The notes under the pieces are model-generated. The model made no database searches, was not told where the DNA came from, and saw nothing but the letters and a program-made list of their open reading frames with translations. From assembly GCF_006345805.1 (NCBI RefSeq), contig NC_043005.1:96596001-96660000 (forward strand): 64,000 bases of DNA, read 5' to 3'. This DNA is from Octopus sinensis (lineage: Eukaryota). A program made the position numbers and the translations under genes. Below, one piece after another: positions 11,462-23,790 of the stretch (the first letter of the stretch is position 1; each line of letters opens with the position of its first letter).

Positions 11462-12329
11462 CATCCACCATCCATAATCATCTATCTATCTATCTATCCT
11501 ATCTATCTATCTATCTATCTATCCTATCTATCTATCTTACGTAAGTAAGTGTATAAATATGTGTATGGATATCAAACACATTGTATCCGACCTGCAATAT
11601 GTTGATCAAAGATAAAAACCTGGAAAATATACAATCCCTCATCCCGCCAAAAAATAAAACAAGACAAAAAAACAAATAAAAAAACAAAACAAAACAAAAA
11701 AGAACAAGCCCAGCGGGTTAAATGAGAGGAAAATGTGGAACAACAGTGAAAATAGGGACATTATGAAAATCAATATGCCTAAGTGAGTAGCATAGATATT
11801 TCAATCAATCAATATATCTATTCGTATTTCTCACCCCGTCCCATGCATGCATACATGAACGCACATACACAAACAGAAATGCGCGCGCGCACACACATAC
11901 ATTGTATATATATTTATATATAAAAGATAAAGTGCTTGACACGAGAAAATATACCTGAGTATTCATATAAAAAACCAAGCTTGCGTATTGTATATATTTA
12001 ACGTTGCTGGATAAAGTACATTTGTTTCTGACGAAAGGATGGTGCAGGGTATGAGTATCTTTATCAGAAATTGTTAAAATGCTGCTAATTAGCAGGTGTT
12101 GATACAGTGATTTTTGTAGGTTCCTTAAAATAAATCCTCTCAAAAATATCGAAATCGACCGAAATTCAGAATCATTCGGACATTTTCTCCATCCTTTATC
12201 TTCTATTTTTTTACTTGCTCCAGTCATTGCCCTGCACACCAACTTGATTAAGGTCTAGTGGAACAAATAGAACCCAGTGCTTATTTTATTTGTCTTTTTA
12301 GTTTCTTACCTATTTTAGTGTTTTCTTCT

Positions 12330-12605
12330 GGTGAGCCGCTAAGTTACAGAGATGTAAACAAACCAACACCGGTTGTCAAAGGTGATGGGAGATAAACGCA
12401 AATACAAAGAAACAAACACACGCACAAACATACACTTAATATATATATATATATATGTGTGTGTTTGTGTGTGTATACACACACACACACATATATATAT
12501 ACGGCGATATTCCACACAGTTTCCGTTTATCAAATTCACGCACAAGGCAATGGCCGGCCCAGTGTTGCCCAAGGTGCTGTGCAGGAGGCTGAATTCGCAA
12601 CCACG
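12330..12605 (-). mobile_element. SINE family A, partial
   Basis: TTTCCGTTTATCAAATTCAC..GCCCAAGGTGCTGTGCAG..AACCACGTG is the reverse complement of the family A body. Confidence 0.8.
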
Positions 12606-12609
12606 TGTT

Positions 12610-13500
12610 TGAAAGTGATCATCTTGATGCAAAATAGGGATTCCAATCACCCACTAGTTCTAAAGAGCGACATGTTCCTAGGAAACATCCAAACGCTTGA
12701 AGAAATCTGGCTACACCGTATCAGTTGGTCCATACACGGTGACAAGTCCAAAGTCACCATCTTCGCCACCCTTCACGTCAAGGATCACCAACTTCCCATC
12801 CAGGTCCAGGAAGATTGACGGTATCTTGAGGCTCAGGCATTTCCGGAAGAGTGCCTCCACAAGGTCTCCCTGTTCCGGGTCGAGTAAGAGATGCAAAGAC
12901 CTCAAAGTCGCTAACAAATAGTTGCTAAAATGCGAGGAATGAAATCCTGACCTCGCCGATGGCTATCACACCCAAACCTAGTGATCTGAGATTATTGAGC
13001 ATGTAACCCTGTTTCGAAGGTGAACCCTACCCCATCAGCTCACTCTCTCAACTGCCATGTTGGTTGAAGAGAAAGCCATTTGGTGTCCCAGAGACCGAGT
13101 GACTTGGTCTCCAAGAAATCCTGACAAGTCCTTTACGAACCTGTTGTTGGCTTATCATTAAGAAATTTTTCTTCCTTATTCTGTTAGCCACCAAGTCCAG
13201 CCTTATTTTCAAATTATGTGGCATCCTGAAAGTTTTGGTCTTACAATCCTCTCCCTTGTGTGAATGTTTACCTTTTATGCGATAAAGGATACCAGTTTCC
13301 AGTTTTTGATTCGTGCTGCTTATCTGCAAAAGGTTTGGGCGTAATTGTGTGGTTTTTCGTGTGTTGTTGTATTTGTGTCGGTCTGCTGGTGCCACTCGAC
13401 TGTTTATTTTATTTTTGTTGATGTGGATGTTGGTGATGGTGGTTGTGAAGTCGTCGGGGATTTGTCTGTATTTGGTGGTGGTTTTGGAGATATCTTAATT
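12610..13500 (-). mobile_element. Tx1/L1-like LINE fragment: ORF1 end and APE endonuclease start, decayed
   Basis: Minus strand GYMLNNLRSLGLGVIAIGEVRI (DVIAxQE-like) and IFLDLDGKLVILDVKGGEDGDFGLVTVYGPTD (D..GR....VYAP motif). Degenerate knuckle-like HSHKGEDCK upstream. Confidence 0.8.
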
Positions 13501-14161
13501 TGCTATGATTGAATGTGTCGTTTTTAAATGCTTTATTACGTCTAAGGCGGTGACCTGGCAGAGTCATTAGCATACTGAATATAATCGGTTGAGCACTAGG
13601 GTCTATGTAATCGACTTGTCCCACCCCTAAATTTTGTGCTTATTACAGAAAAAACTTTTTTGCTACCATTTTCATTACAATTGAAGTTGTCGTCGTCGTT
13701 GTTGTTGTTGTTGCTGCTGCTGCTGTTCTCGTGCACGCTCTGCTTTTTAACGCCAATCCATGCCGCTCTTTCATTAGAACAAAGGAGAGAGTAGTGTTCT
13801 CTAATGAAGTTGGTAGTGGCAGGAGTCCTCGCTATTACCTCATCGCTGAGTCTGATAGTAGGTGTTACTAATTCCATAGTTCCAACAGAGACCAAAACAG
13901 ACGAAATTATACAAAAGTTGTACCTCTAGGGCATAATTTGGCAGTACACTTCTTCACACAGTGAAGTAGAAATCATTATTCAAAGTATTGGCAAAAATTT
14001 ACACCAGTAAACAAATTGTTTTCAACATTTAACCAACCTTCGGGAACCAAGACAATTTACAGCTACTACAAACGATGATAACAACAACAACAACAACAAA
14101 AACAACAACAACAACAACAACAATAACAATAATAACAATAATAACAATAATAATAATAATA

Positions 14162-14213
<52 letters not shown>

Positions 14214-14215
<2 letters not shown>

Positions 14216-14760
14216 GCTCTGATGCCGTGGCTCTCGTGGCTTCTGATCTTAACTGATTGGAAGTGTTATCATGTACATTGTTTTGTCTTGGTATAAAAGA
14301 TGGGCTACAGCAAATATTCTGCTCAATACCACAGATTTGCTTGTCAATTGTTTGACCTTAACCAGATGAGCATGTCCCTTAGTGGCTGACGATATGTGCA
14401 TCTCTTGATCATGGGCAGAAGTAGTGGGGGAGCATCATAGCCGTGTGTTATTGGTGGTTTGGATAATTCACCTTTGGAAACATGGGTGGTTCGTTCAACA
14501 TCCTTAAACAACATCCTTAAACCTTATTCCGGGACCTTTTGAGCGGGATGGGCTACTCGACCAGAAGAAAATTCTAACTGAACCCCACCTGTAAGGTCAT
14601 GCGCTATTTATCTTGATATGAGATCACCATGTCACGCACATATGGTTGTGATGCATGTGCCTAGTGTACCCTTATCAGACGGGTAGTCCTGATGGGTATA
14701 CTGGGCTTCGTATATTTTACCCCAGTGTCACTTAGATGGCATGCGCAGCTCTCTCACTCA
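14214..14760 (+). mobile_element. ~545-bp non-coding element inserted in (AAT)n, copy A
   Basis: Reverse complement of 23791-24337 and 24361-24911. Flanked on both sides by AAT repeats. Confidence 0.85.
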
Positions 14761-14789
14761 ATTATAATAATGGTAATAATAACAATGAT

Positions 14790-15005
14790 AACAATTCTTT
14801 CTAATTTTGATACAAGGCTAGTAATTCTTAAGAGTGAGGTAAGACGATTACATCGACCCCATTGTTTGACTAGTACTTATATCAATCATGAAAGGAGGAA
14901 AGGAAAAGTCGACCTCGGTGGAATTTGAACTCAGAACGTAAAGGGCCGTAACACATGAAAAAGCAAAGCCTTTTTCAGGTTTCCTAACCATTCGACCAGC
15001 CTGCC
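14790..15005 (-). mobile_element. SINE family B
   Basis: AAAGTCGACCTCGGTGGAATTTGAACTCAGAACG block. Confidence 0.8.
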
Positions 15006-16967
15006 ACATAATTAACCGTTTACTGTCTTTCTTTAGAAAAAGAGAAAAATATTAGATATTGTAGTCTACTCGATTAAACAACAATAACGAAAGCGACTTT
15101 AAGATAAAAATGAAATAAATGCATTGTTACAAATCAGGAAAATGGTTCCCAAATCTCTGATGAGAGTGCAATGATATACGTCCTCTCACTTGTATTGCGA
15201 TTGAGTTTGTTCGTATAAATCATCTGTGAGAAAGAGAGGAGGATGCTCATAGCTTTTCGAAGCCCACGTAGTCTGCAGAATAGGGAAAACTTTGCTATAT
15301 CATTGCATTTATTCGTTGCTGTTAAACTTCTGGATTGCAGCGATTGAGAAGGAATGATTTAGATTCCAAAGAGTTTACTTTCGATAGAGGTACGAAAGTG
15401 GAGCTAGAAGCAGAAGGCCAAAATGATTGAATGTTCTTGTAAATAAGTTACATTTTGTCCAATTCGCTTTTGGAGTTAAACTTTAACTTTTATCCTTTCG
15501 ATAATCATGTGACCCAACGAACGAGCACCTCCTCGAGCCAAGAAGGATGCTCTTACGTAATCGTTCAACGTCTTAGGAAAAGCAGCCGAATTCAGCCTTC
15601 CCCCACAAATAACATTATTTAAAAAAAGAACAACATAGTAAATTATGAAGGCCTTGGTATAAACCAAGTATGAAAAATTAGACGGGATGGCTACGATAGG
15701 ATAATTTTAACAATAGTTGTGCTTAATATCAGGAAAAAGTGATAGAGTACAGTAAAATTGTAATGGGAAGTAGAGCTTCCAAATTTCTAACAGATTATTC
15801 CTGTTAAAGATGATAGGAGAGAAATAAAAGAAAGACAGAACTTGAAACTGGCTGCAACTGATATCAGGACTTACCTAAGTTCCGGTTCAATAGAATGAGT
15901 TACAGTAATATTAAGGCATTGTTATATGGCAAGCATATGTTATTATATGGCCCCGAGTTTGATTCCACCACATGGAATCTTAAGCGAATGCCTCGGGTCG
16001 ACCCATACATTATGAGTGAAATAGTGTAGACGGAAACTGTATAGAAGCCCATCTGATGACTATACTTGTAATATCTTGTCACGCTGTGTCGTTCTGGTTG
16101 CACTTGAGAATTAGAGTGAGGGCACACGTGTATATGGTGCACTCAACCACTTAACATTTGTCAGAATTTTAGGGCTTCGAACAGGCTTTCTTCCGGCTTT
16201 TTATGTTTTGAGTTCAAAACTCACCAAGATTAACTTCACTTTTCATTCAATTAAAGTATCAGTTAAAAGCTAGGCTCGATTTATTCAATTAAACGTCTCT
16301 CAACATAGTTATAACTTTGAGCCTAATTTAGGAATACTTATCTAGCTACATAATTATTTAGCTACTTAAGTGAATAAAAGATACAGTTTCGCATGTGGTA
16401 CCTGTTTGTTTTGTAACCTTGTAATGTGACCGAAATCTTGGACACACGAAAAAAGATTTGTATTTCGAAATAGATAATTACAAAGATGAGACAAGGCAAG
16501 AATCAAAGACAGATAAAATATCCCTTTATATGATCACATTAACAGGCCCTTCTTCATTACACGTCGACTCGTTCAAGGCATGATGAACGTGGACTCGTTC
16601 AAATTTCGTAAAACGGGTACTAGTACACGTTGACAAGGGGGCAAAGACAAGGCATCTATTTTCTGCTGGTTCTTAACAATATCCACCATCAAACCTAAAA
16701 TAGGTTTCAGTAATATTCTGAGGGATAATTTCAGTCGTTTGCTCTCTGTCCATATCCCAATGTGTAATCCGGCGGCAATGCTTTTGCTTTTTACTTAATA
16801 AAAAAAGGAAAAAAATCAATCCCATCGCTTTTGTTCCAAATATTGCTAAAATTGATCAAACATTCACTATTTCCAGCTCGGTTGGTTTCGTCTCTTTGTT
16901 ATATAACGTTCTAATTTCGGGCGCATTTATTGAGAGTGTTTATTGTTAGTAGTAGTAGCAACAGCAA

Positions 16968-17067
<100 letters not shown>

Positions 17068-17309
17068 TAGTGCTGGTGGTAATGTAGTGTAGTGGGGACT
17101 TGGTAGTGGTGGGTGGCGGTGGTGGTACTAGGGGCATCTTTTATTTTCATTTTTCATTTCCTCTGCATATTTTTTTTTACATAGAAATGATTTTTTTTTA
17201 CATAGAAATGATGATGATCTCCTAGACGACGACAATGATGATGATGATGACGACGACGACGTTGACAACAACGACTACAACTACAACAAAAACAATAACA
17301 CTAATGCTT

Positions 17310-17505
17310 ACTGCACAGGGCCTGAAATTTGAGGCGAGGGTTTAAGTCGAATACATCGACCCCAGTGTTCAACTGGTACTTATTTTATCGACTCCGGAAG
17401 GACGAAAAGTAAAGTCGGACTCGATGGAATTTGAACTCGGAACGTAACGACGAAATACTGTAGAGCATTTTGCCCAGCATGCTAACGATTTCGACATCCC
17501 ACCCC
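17310..17505 (-). mobile_element. SINE family B
   Basis: GGTACTTATTTTATCGACTCCGG..GAATTTGAACTCGGAACG block. Confidence 0.85.
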
Positions 17506-17649
17506 TTTCGTAATAATAATGATGATCGACTCTCCCATCGAAGATGACGTAGGAGTGGTCTGCTCTTTCTGGACAATAATTTGTTAATGGTGATCGAATG
17601 TCTGTGCTGTACATTAGCGCCCTCCCACCATCAAATCGATGTACGACGC

Positions 17650-17787
17650 GTCAGGTGTTGAAGTGATCGCAGAGCAACGTGAGATGAAGTGTTTTGCTCA
17701 AGAACGCAACGTACCACTTGGGCTGGGAATAGAAACCACGTTCTAACGATCGCGAGTGCAACACCCTGACTACTAGGCCATGAGTCC
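17650..17787 (-). mobile_element. tRNA-headed SINE, 5' part
   Basis: Minus strand ATGGCCTAGTAGTCAGGG..GGTTTCTATTCCCAG..TTCTTGAGCAAAACACTT. Confidence 0.7.
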
Positions 17788-17800
17788 AAACATGATGATA

Positions 17801-17838
<38 letters not shown>

Positions 17839-17839
17839 C

Positions 17840-18000
17840 CTTTCTACAAAGGCACAAGACCTGAAATTTTGGGGAGGGGACCTGTCGATTACATCGACCT
17901 CAAAATTTCACTGGTACCTAATTTATCGATCCCGAAGGATGGCAGGCAAAGTCGACCTCGGCGGAATGTAGCGACGGGCGAAATATCGCTAAGCGTTTCA
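17840..18000 (-). mobile_element. SINE family B, partial
   Basis: GGCAAAGTCGACCTCGGCGGAAT block, (ATG)n at the tail side. Confidence 0.8.
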
Positions 18001-18435
18001 TCCAGCGTGGGGATGTATTCCATCTCAATCACAGATTTTTTAATTAATTTTTTTTTAACTAAACAGTTTGAAATTTCGAATACTTGTAGAATTTCTCACG
18101 TAGAACACGGTTTACTATGAACGTTTTTGACAAAATTTCCTATTTTAGAAGTTATTTCGTGTTAAATTTGTCGTATTTGGGTAATTTCAACCAACCAACG
18201 ACGTGTATTCGGTTGAAGAAAGCTACTGCTGTTTACGATAGTAATCGAAGAGGAACAACTTCCGGGTCATCTCTACTAAATGTCACCACTCTGTTCGAAG
18301 AATCATCATAGAGCAACGAGATATAATAGATCCCAGCCTGCTAACGATTCTGCCACCTCGCCGCCTTAATAATAATATTATTGTCCCCTCATCCTTCGCC
18401 CTTGTGGCAACTAAATGAAATCATCATCATCATCA

Positions 18436-18509
<74 letters not shown>

Positions 18510-18537
18510 GTTGTTGTTGTTGTTGTTGTTGTTGCTA

Positions 18538-18752
18538 AAGCGGCTAGCTAGCAGACTCTTTAGCCTGCCGGGCAAAACGCTTAGTGGTATTTTGTCTGTC
18601 TTTACGCTCTGAATGCAAATTCCACCGAGGCTGACTTCGCCTTTCATGCTTTCTGGGTCGATAAAATAAGTACCAGTTGAACGCTGGGGTCGATGTAATC
18701 GACTCATCTCCTCCCCCAAATTGCAGCCCTAGTGGCAAAATTTGAAACCATT
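18538..18752 (+). mobile_element. SINE family B
   Basis: Full-length copy ending in (ATT)n. Confidence 0.85.
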
Positions 18753-18764
18753 ATTATTAGTAGT

Positions 18765-18962
18765 AAGTCTGCGAGCTGGCAGAATCTTCAGCACGCTGGA
18801 CAAAATGCTTAGCTGCATTTCTCAGTCTTTATGTTCTGAGTTCAAATTCTGCTGGGGTCGACTTTGCGTTTAATCATTCCGGAGTCAAGACATAAAGTGC
18901 CATTGAAACACTGGGGTCGTTTAGTCCTCTCCCTCCAAATTCCAGGCCTTTAGTAGAAAGGA
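18765..18962 (+). mobile_element. SINE family B, tandem to the previous copy
   Basis: GCGAGCTGGCAGAATC head, GAGTTCAAATTC B box, (ATT)n tail. Confidence 0.85.
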
Positions 18963-19047
18963 TTATTATTACTATTGTTAGTAGTAGTTGTAGCAATGGT
19001 CACGATGATGATGATGATGTTAGTAAACAGAAGTAGCAGCAGCAGTG

Positions 19048-19385
19048 TGGAGGCGCAATGGCCCAGTGGCTAGGGAAGCGGACTCGCGGTCGGAGGATCG
19101 CGGTTTCGGTTCCCAGACTGGGTATTGTGTGTGTTTATTGAGCGAAAAAAAAACCTAAAGCTCCACGAGGCTCCGGCAGGGGGCGGTGGCGATCCCTGTT
19201 GTACGCTTTCGCTCCAACTTTCTCTCACTCTTTCTTCCTGTTTCTTGTCCCCAACTTTCTACGCAACCGCTGAGCCTGGATGCGCATTCATCCATCCCTC
19301 GATGCTCTCGGTGTCGGGTTTTTGACCTGCTTTCTCTTCTGTGGGTCTTCGGACTTCTCCCACTACGGACGAAGACCGCTCCGCT
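19048..19385 (+). mobile_element. tRNA-derived SINE (family C head, tail type 2)
   Basis: GGAGGCGCAATGGCCCAGTGG..GGTTTCGGTTCCC. Tail matches the 61195 copy and ends in (AAAC)n. Confidence 0.85.
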
Positions 19386-19789
19386 CAACAAACAAACAAA
19401 CAAACAAAGCAGCAGCAGTAGTAATATGTAGTAATAGCAGTAGTTGTTGAATGTGTGACCTCCATTATTAATCGCATCGTTGTAGGTTATTCGTTCCTGG
19501 TGTTGTTATAGCTTCTGTTGCTAACAACGTTGCATATGAGAAGGTTCGGCGGTTAAGCAGAGGCTTCCATAAAGAATGGCATTTTCACATAATTGAATAC
19601 CAAAAGTGATTACATGTCTTCTGGGTTAGACATGAGCTGCTCCATTCAAGGTTTCAATGTTTACTGTAATTCAAGGATCTCTTGAAAACACACGCACGCA
19701 CACACACACACATGTACACACACACACACACACACACACGTACGCATACGCGGCAGCACACATGCACGCAATAGTTTGTGTACACAAGA

Positions 19790-20163
19790 GGCAATAACCA
19801 CATCAACAATAGCTACTACTACTACTACTACTGTACCTACTACCGCCACCACCGCTACAACCACCACTGCTACTATCACTACCATCATTACCACCACCAC
19901 TACCGCCACCAGCAAAACTACTACTACTCCCACTAACACCATCACTACTGCTATTGCTACCACTACCACCATCACTACCACCACTGTCCGCAGCAGTACT
20001 ACAGTTACTACAACCACCACACTACTACTACTACTACTACTACTAACTACTACTACTACTACTACTGCTACTACTACTACTGTTACTGCTGCTACTACAA
20101 CTACTACTGCTGCTGCTGCTGCTACAACAACTACTACTACTACTGCTGCTTCTGCTACTGGTT

Positions 20164-20198
<35 letters not shown>

Positions 20199-20277
20199 GT
20201 TACTGCTGCTACTGCAACTACTACTGCTGCTGCTGCTACAACAACTACTACTACTACTGCTGCTTCTGCTACTGGTT

Positions 20278-20314
<37 letters not shown>

Positions 20315-20335
20315 ATCTGCTGCTGCTGCTGCTGC
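19790..20335. repeat. Compound ACT/ACC/GCT trinucleotide array with a ~120-bp internal duplication
   Basis: The block ending GCTTCTGCTACTGGTTCCACT occurs twice (about 20070-20190 and 20190-20310). Confidence 0.9.
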
Positions 20336-20605
20336 GTGGTCTTTAGTATCTCTGTGGTTTAACATCTTGACTTGCTACAAACAGTAAATAAATTTCCCTG
20401 AAACCATCCTTTCACGCCTTAGAACAGGAAGGAAATACTGGATAAATCAGTCCTAGGTATTACAACGCTGAAGCGTTCATTAGCATAGATTAGGTTTGCT
20501 TGATCAGAACTGACCTGGGACTAAACAATAGTATCAGTAACCAAGCAACCCATACTATCAACTAGCTAGCAACACCGTTAACATCTCTTTTACCGTCAGA
20601 GTTAT

Positions 20606-20700
20606 GACGTAGACTTCATAAGTAGACTTCTTATTACGTAGACTTCATAAGTAGACTTCTTATTACGTAGACTTCATAAGTAGACTTCAGAAGTAGACTT
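20606..20700. repeat. Near-perfect 29-bp tandem repeat, about 3 copies
   Basis: CGTAGACTTCATAAGTAGACTTCTTATTA unit. Confidence 0.9.
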
Positions 20701-20705
20701 CTATT

Positions 20706-21260
20706 ACCCATTTATAACATTATTTGTTTTGAGCGCTCAATCATGACACCATTTACTCTGAGCGCTCATTCATGACGTGAATTGCTCCGATATCCATTCA
20801 TGACATCATTGCGTATGGTTACCCACTCATAACGTCACCTGCTCCGATCATCCATTCATGATGTCACATAAGCCAACGATTCATTCATGACGTCACATGC
20901 CCCGATTGCTCATTTAGGATGTCATTTGACTTGAGCGCCCATTCAAAACTTCATTTGGTCTGCGCACTCAGTTATGACGTCTTTCACCCGTCTATGACGT
21001 CACTTGCTTTGATCATTGGCTTTGATAACCCATTCAAAAAAATCATTTGATCCGCTAGCCTGTTTATGACCTCATTTCCTTTGATCACCAGTTCATAGCG
21101 TCATTTGATCTCCTCACCCATTTATAGCGTCATTTGATCCCATCAACCATTTATAACGTCATTTGATATGATCGTCCATTTATGACGCCATCAGCATCGC
21201 CCACACGTTGATATCTTCAGATGATGTGAACTACAATTTATCGTCCACAGATGACATCAT
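20706..21260. repeat. Old diverged 29-bp minisatellite, roughly 18 units
   Basis: CATTCATGA-like anchor recurs at 20795, 20824, 20853, 20882, 20911, 20940, 20969. Approximate consensus CATTCATGACGTCACTTGCTCCGATCACC. Confidence 0.8.
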
Positions 21261-21819
21261 CTCCATCAATAATTCACTGATAGCGTCAGTCTTTTGTTGT
21301 TCTCCCAATAATGAAATGAAGCCCTTTACACCGATTACCCACCCAATAATGATGTCAGATACAATGGCCACTCACAATAACTTCAAATGCACTGGTCAAG
21401 CGATGATCACGAAAGGCGTAGTTATTGATTTTATGGCCAGGCAAAAGCCGATTCACCTAAAGAAATACGAAAACGGAGATCGTAGCCTCACTTCCGCCCT
21501 TTACAATAGTTGAATAATACAGAGTTGGATCAGATAAATCACGTCTTGGCGCCGATTGCACCGATGACTTACATATTCTATTGATCAACTGGTCACTCAA
21601 CCGTGTCTTGCTTATAGCGGAGATCGCAGATAAAAGAGAGCATAGGTGGGGGGGGGGGGTGAGGACATGCTGCCTATGGAGAAGGACCATTTTAGTTGTC
21701 AGTCCGGTCAAACCAGTTTTCTCCACACCAAACAAAACAGTTTCACTTTAATTAGTTTGAGAGATGCAGGTCTAATTATTGCTTGCGCTTACCGACAAAA
21801 TTGAAGTTTACATTCTTCA

Positions 21820-21928
21820 AGAACCTCATCCTCCTCCTCATCAACATCATCGCCACCACAACCACCACCACCATCATCATCCTCATATCATTATCATCAT
21901 CATCATCACTACCACCATCATCACCACC

Positions 21929-21984
<56 letters not shown>

Positions 21985-22261
21985 TATCATCATCATTATC
22001 ATCAGCATCATCATCATCATCACCGCTACCATCACTACCATTATCATCATCATCATCATCATCATCATCGTCATCATCATCATCACCACCACTACAATCA
22101 CCACCACCATCATCATCATCATCATCATCATCAACATCGTCGCCGCCGTCATCGTCATAACCTCTACTGGCCCGCCTCTTCATCCTTCTCAACATCATCC
22201 TCATCCTCATCCTGATTGGTGATTCATTTCACGCCGCTCACTTTCGTCATTATAATCACCT

Positions 22262-22321
<60 letters not shown>
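21820..22321. repeat. CAT/CAC compound trinucleotide array followed by (TAC)n
   Basis: Direct reading. Confidence 0.95.
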
Positions 22322-23360
22322 CAAATTAGGCCTCCTAGTTTCTACTGTTCTAACAGTCTGAATGTTAAAGTCCCACAACATCTTAAGTCTTTTACTTTCT
22401 AGTCCTTTATTAGGTTCGTCTTCTTACCCTTTTGACCTGAATAACTCCCAGTGGATTACTTTTCCTAAGTTGTCATGTCTTTTAATGTATTCGTTCTGTG
22501 TAAGCATACTACATTCATATACTATGTGAGTTACACTTCCCTCTTTTAATTTGCATAACCTACATAGAGAATCTAGTTGTTTTTTTTCTATCTTGCCTTT
22601 TATCCGATTAGTCCTTAATATATGATCTTATACAGCTACTAACCAGCTTTCTGTCTACCCTTTGATCCTTCCTTTCTGCAACCATAACCATGTTTTACCA
22701 TGTCAACTATCTTTGGGAACCTATCATGCAAAGCCTTCTCCTACCAGTCAGATGACCTTTGTTATTTTTTTCTGGTTTTTGGCTTCGTTTGGGCTTTTGG
22801 TTTCCCTATGTCTTCCTGTGACTCAAGCAATTTTTAATAAACTTTCTTTACTATTACCTATATCTACTCTAGCTAACTCCACGCAGTTTTCTACTGACAT
22901 TAGCCCTCTACCACTTTCCTTTCTAGATAAGTATTCTCTTGCTATTTCTGCCCTTGGGTGCAGTCCTCTATTCATATTGAATCCCTCCCTAGTTCCCCTG
23001 TCTAGCTTTGCTAATTCAGCTTTTTGTCCAATCTATAAAAGCTACTGAGTATCTAAGTAATGACACCGCCCAAGTATATACAACCTTCACTAGATTTGGA
23101 CCATTTGGCTTTGATTTCATTAACTTCCTTACCCTTCTGATTTTCTCCTCAATTTTCGTTTTCATTTCTATAGTTTGTACCCTGTCAGATTCTAATACTC
23201 CTAGATACTTATAACTCTCTTCTTCTTTCAATGATTTAATATCTGGCCATCTGGTAATTGTATGCCTTCGCTGTTGACAACCTGTTCCCTTCTCATGATT
23301 AATACTGCACACTTATCTGTGCCAAATTCCATGCCTGTATCTTTGCTGAAAAGTCTTACA
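22322..23360 (-). mobile_element. R4/Dong-like non-LTR retrotransposon 3' fragment (RT thumb, CCHC knuckle, restriction-like endonuclease start)
   Basis: Minus strand SYKYLGVLESD..VYTWAVSLLRYSVAFIDWT, LHPRAEIAREYLSRKESGRGL, CRLCKLKEGSVTHIVYEC, EYIKRHDNLG and WDFNIQTVRTVETRRPNLV, with frameshifts. Confidence 0.85.
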
Positions 23361-23417
23361 GTCTGTATTAAGGAATCTATCTATATTTTTATTCTTATTA
23401 AAAAGCTTATTATTAAG

Positions 23418-23608
23418 ACTGTGTGCTGGCAAAATCGTTCGGACGTCAGACAAAATGCTTACCAGCTTTCCGTCAGTCTTCACATTCTTATTCCAAATTC
23501 TGCCGAGGTCGACTTTGCCTTTCAGGCTTTCAATCTTGAACACCGGGGTTGATGTAATTGACTTAGTCCCTCCCCCAAAATTTCAGGCCTTGTGCCTACA
23601 GCAGAAAG
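23418..23608 (+). mobile_element. SINE family B
   Basis: CAAATTCTGCCGAGGTCGACTTTGCCTTTC block, followed by (CTT)n. Confidence 0.8.
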
Positions 23609-23790
23609 GTTCTTCTTCTTCTTCTTCTTCTTCTTCTTCTTCTTCTTCTTCTTCTTCTTCTTCTTCTTCTTCTTCTTCTTTCTTCTTCTTCTTCTTCTTC
23701 TTCTTCTTCTTCTTCTTCTTCTTCTTCTTCTTCTTCTTCTTCTTTCTTCTTCTTCTTCTTCTTATTATTATTTTATTATATATTATTATT

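Noticed and set aside
13596-13895. C-type-lectin-like NFI..WIG in the minus-strand ORF
   Set aside because: The cysteine pattern is missing, there is an upstream stop, and the ORF runs into microsatellite and SINE sequence.
15869-15890. Minus-strand TTAG|GTAAGT as a second recursive site
   Set aside because: Lacks a pyrimidine tract, and the 8-mer is expected by chance.
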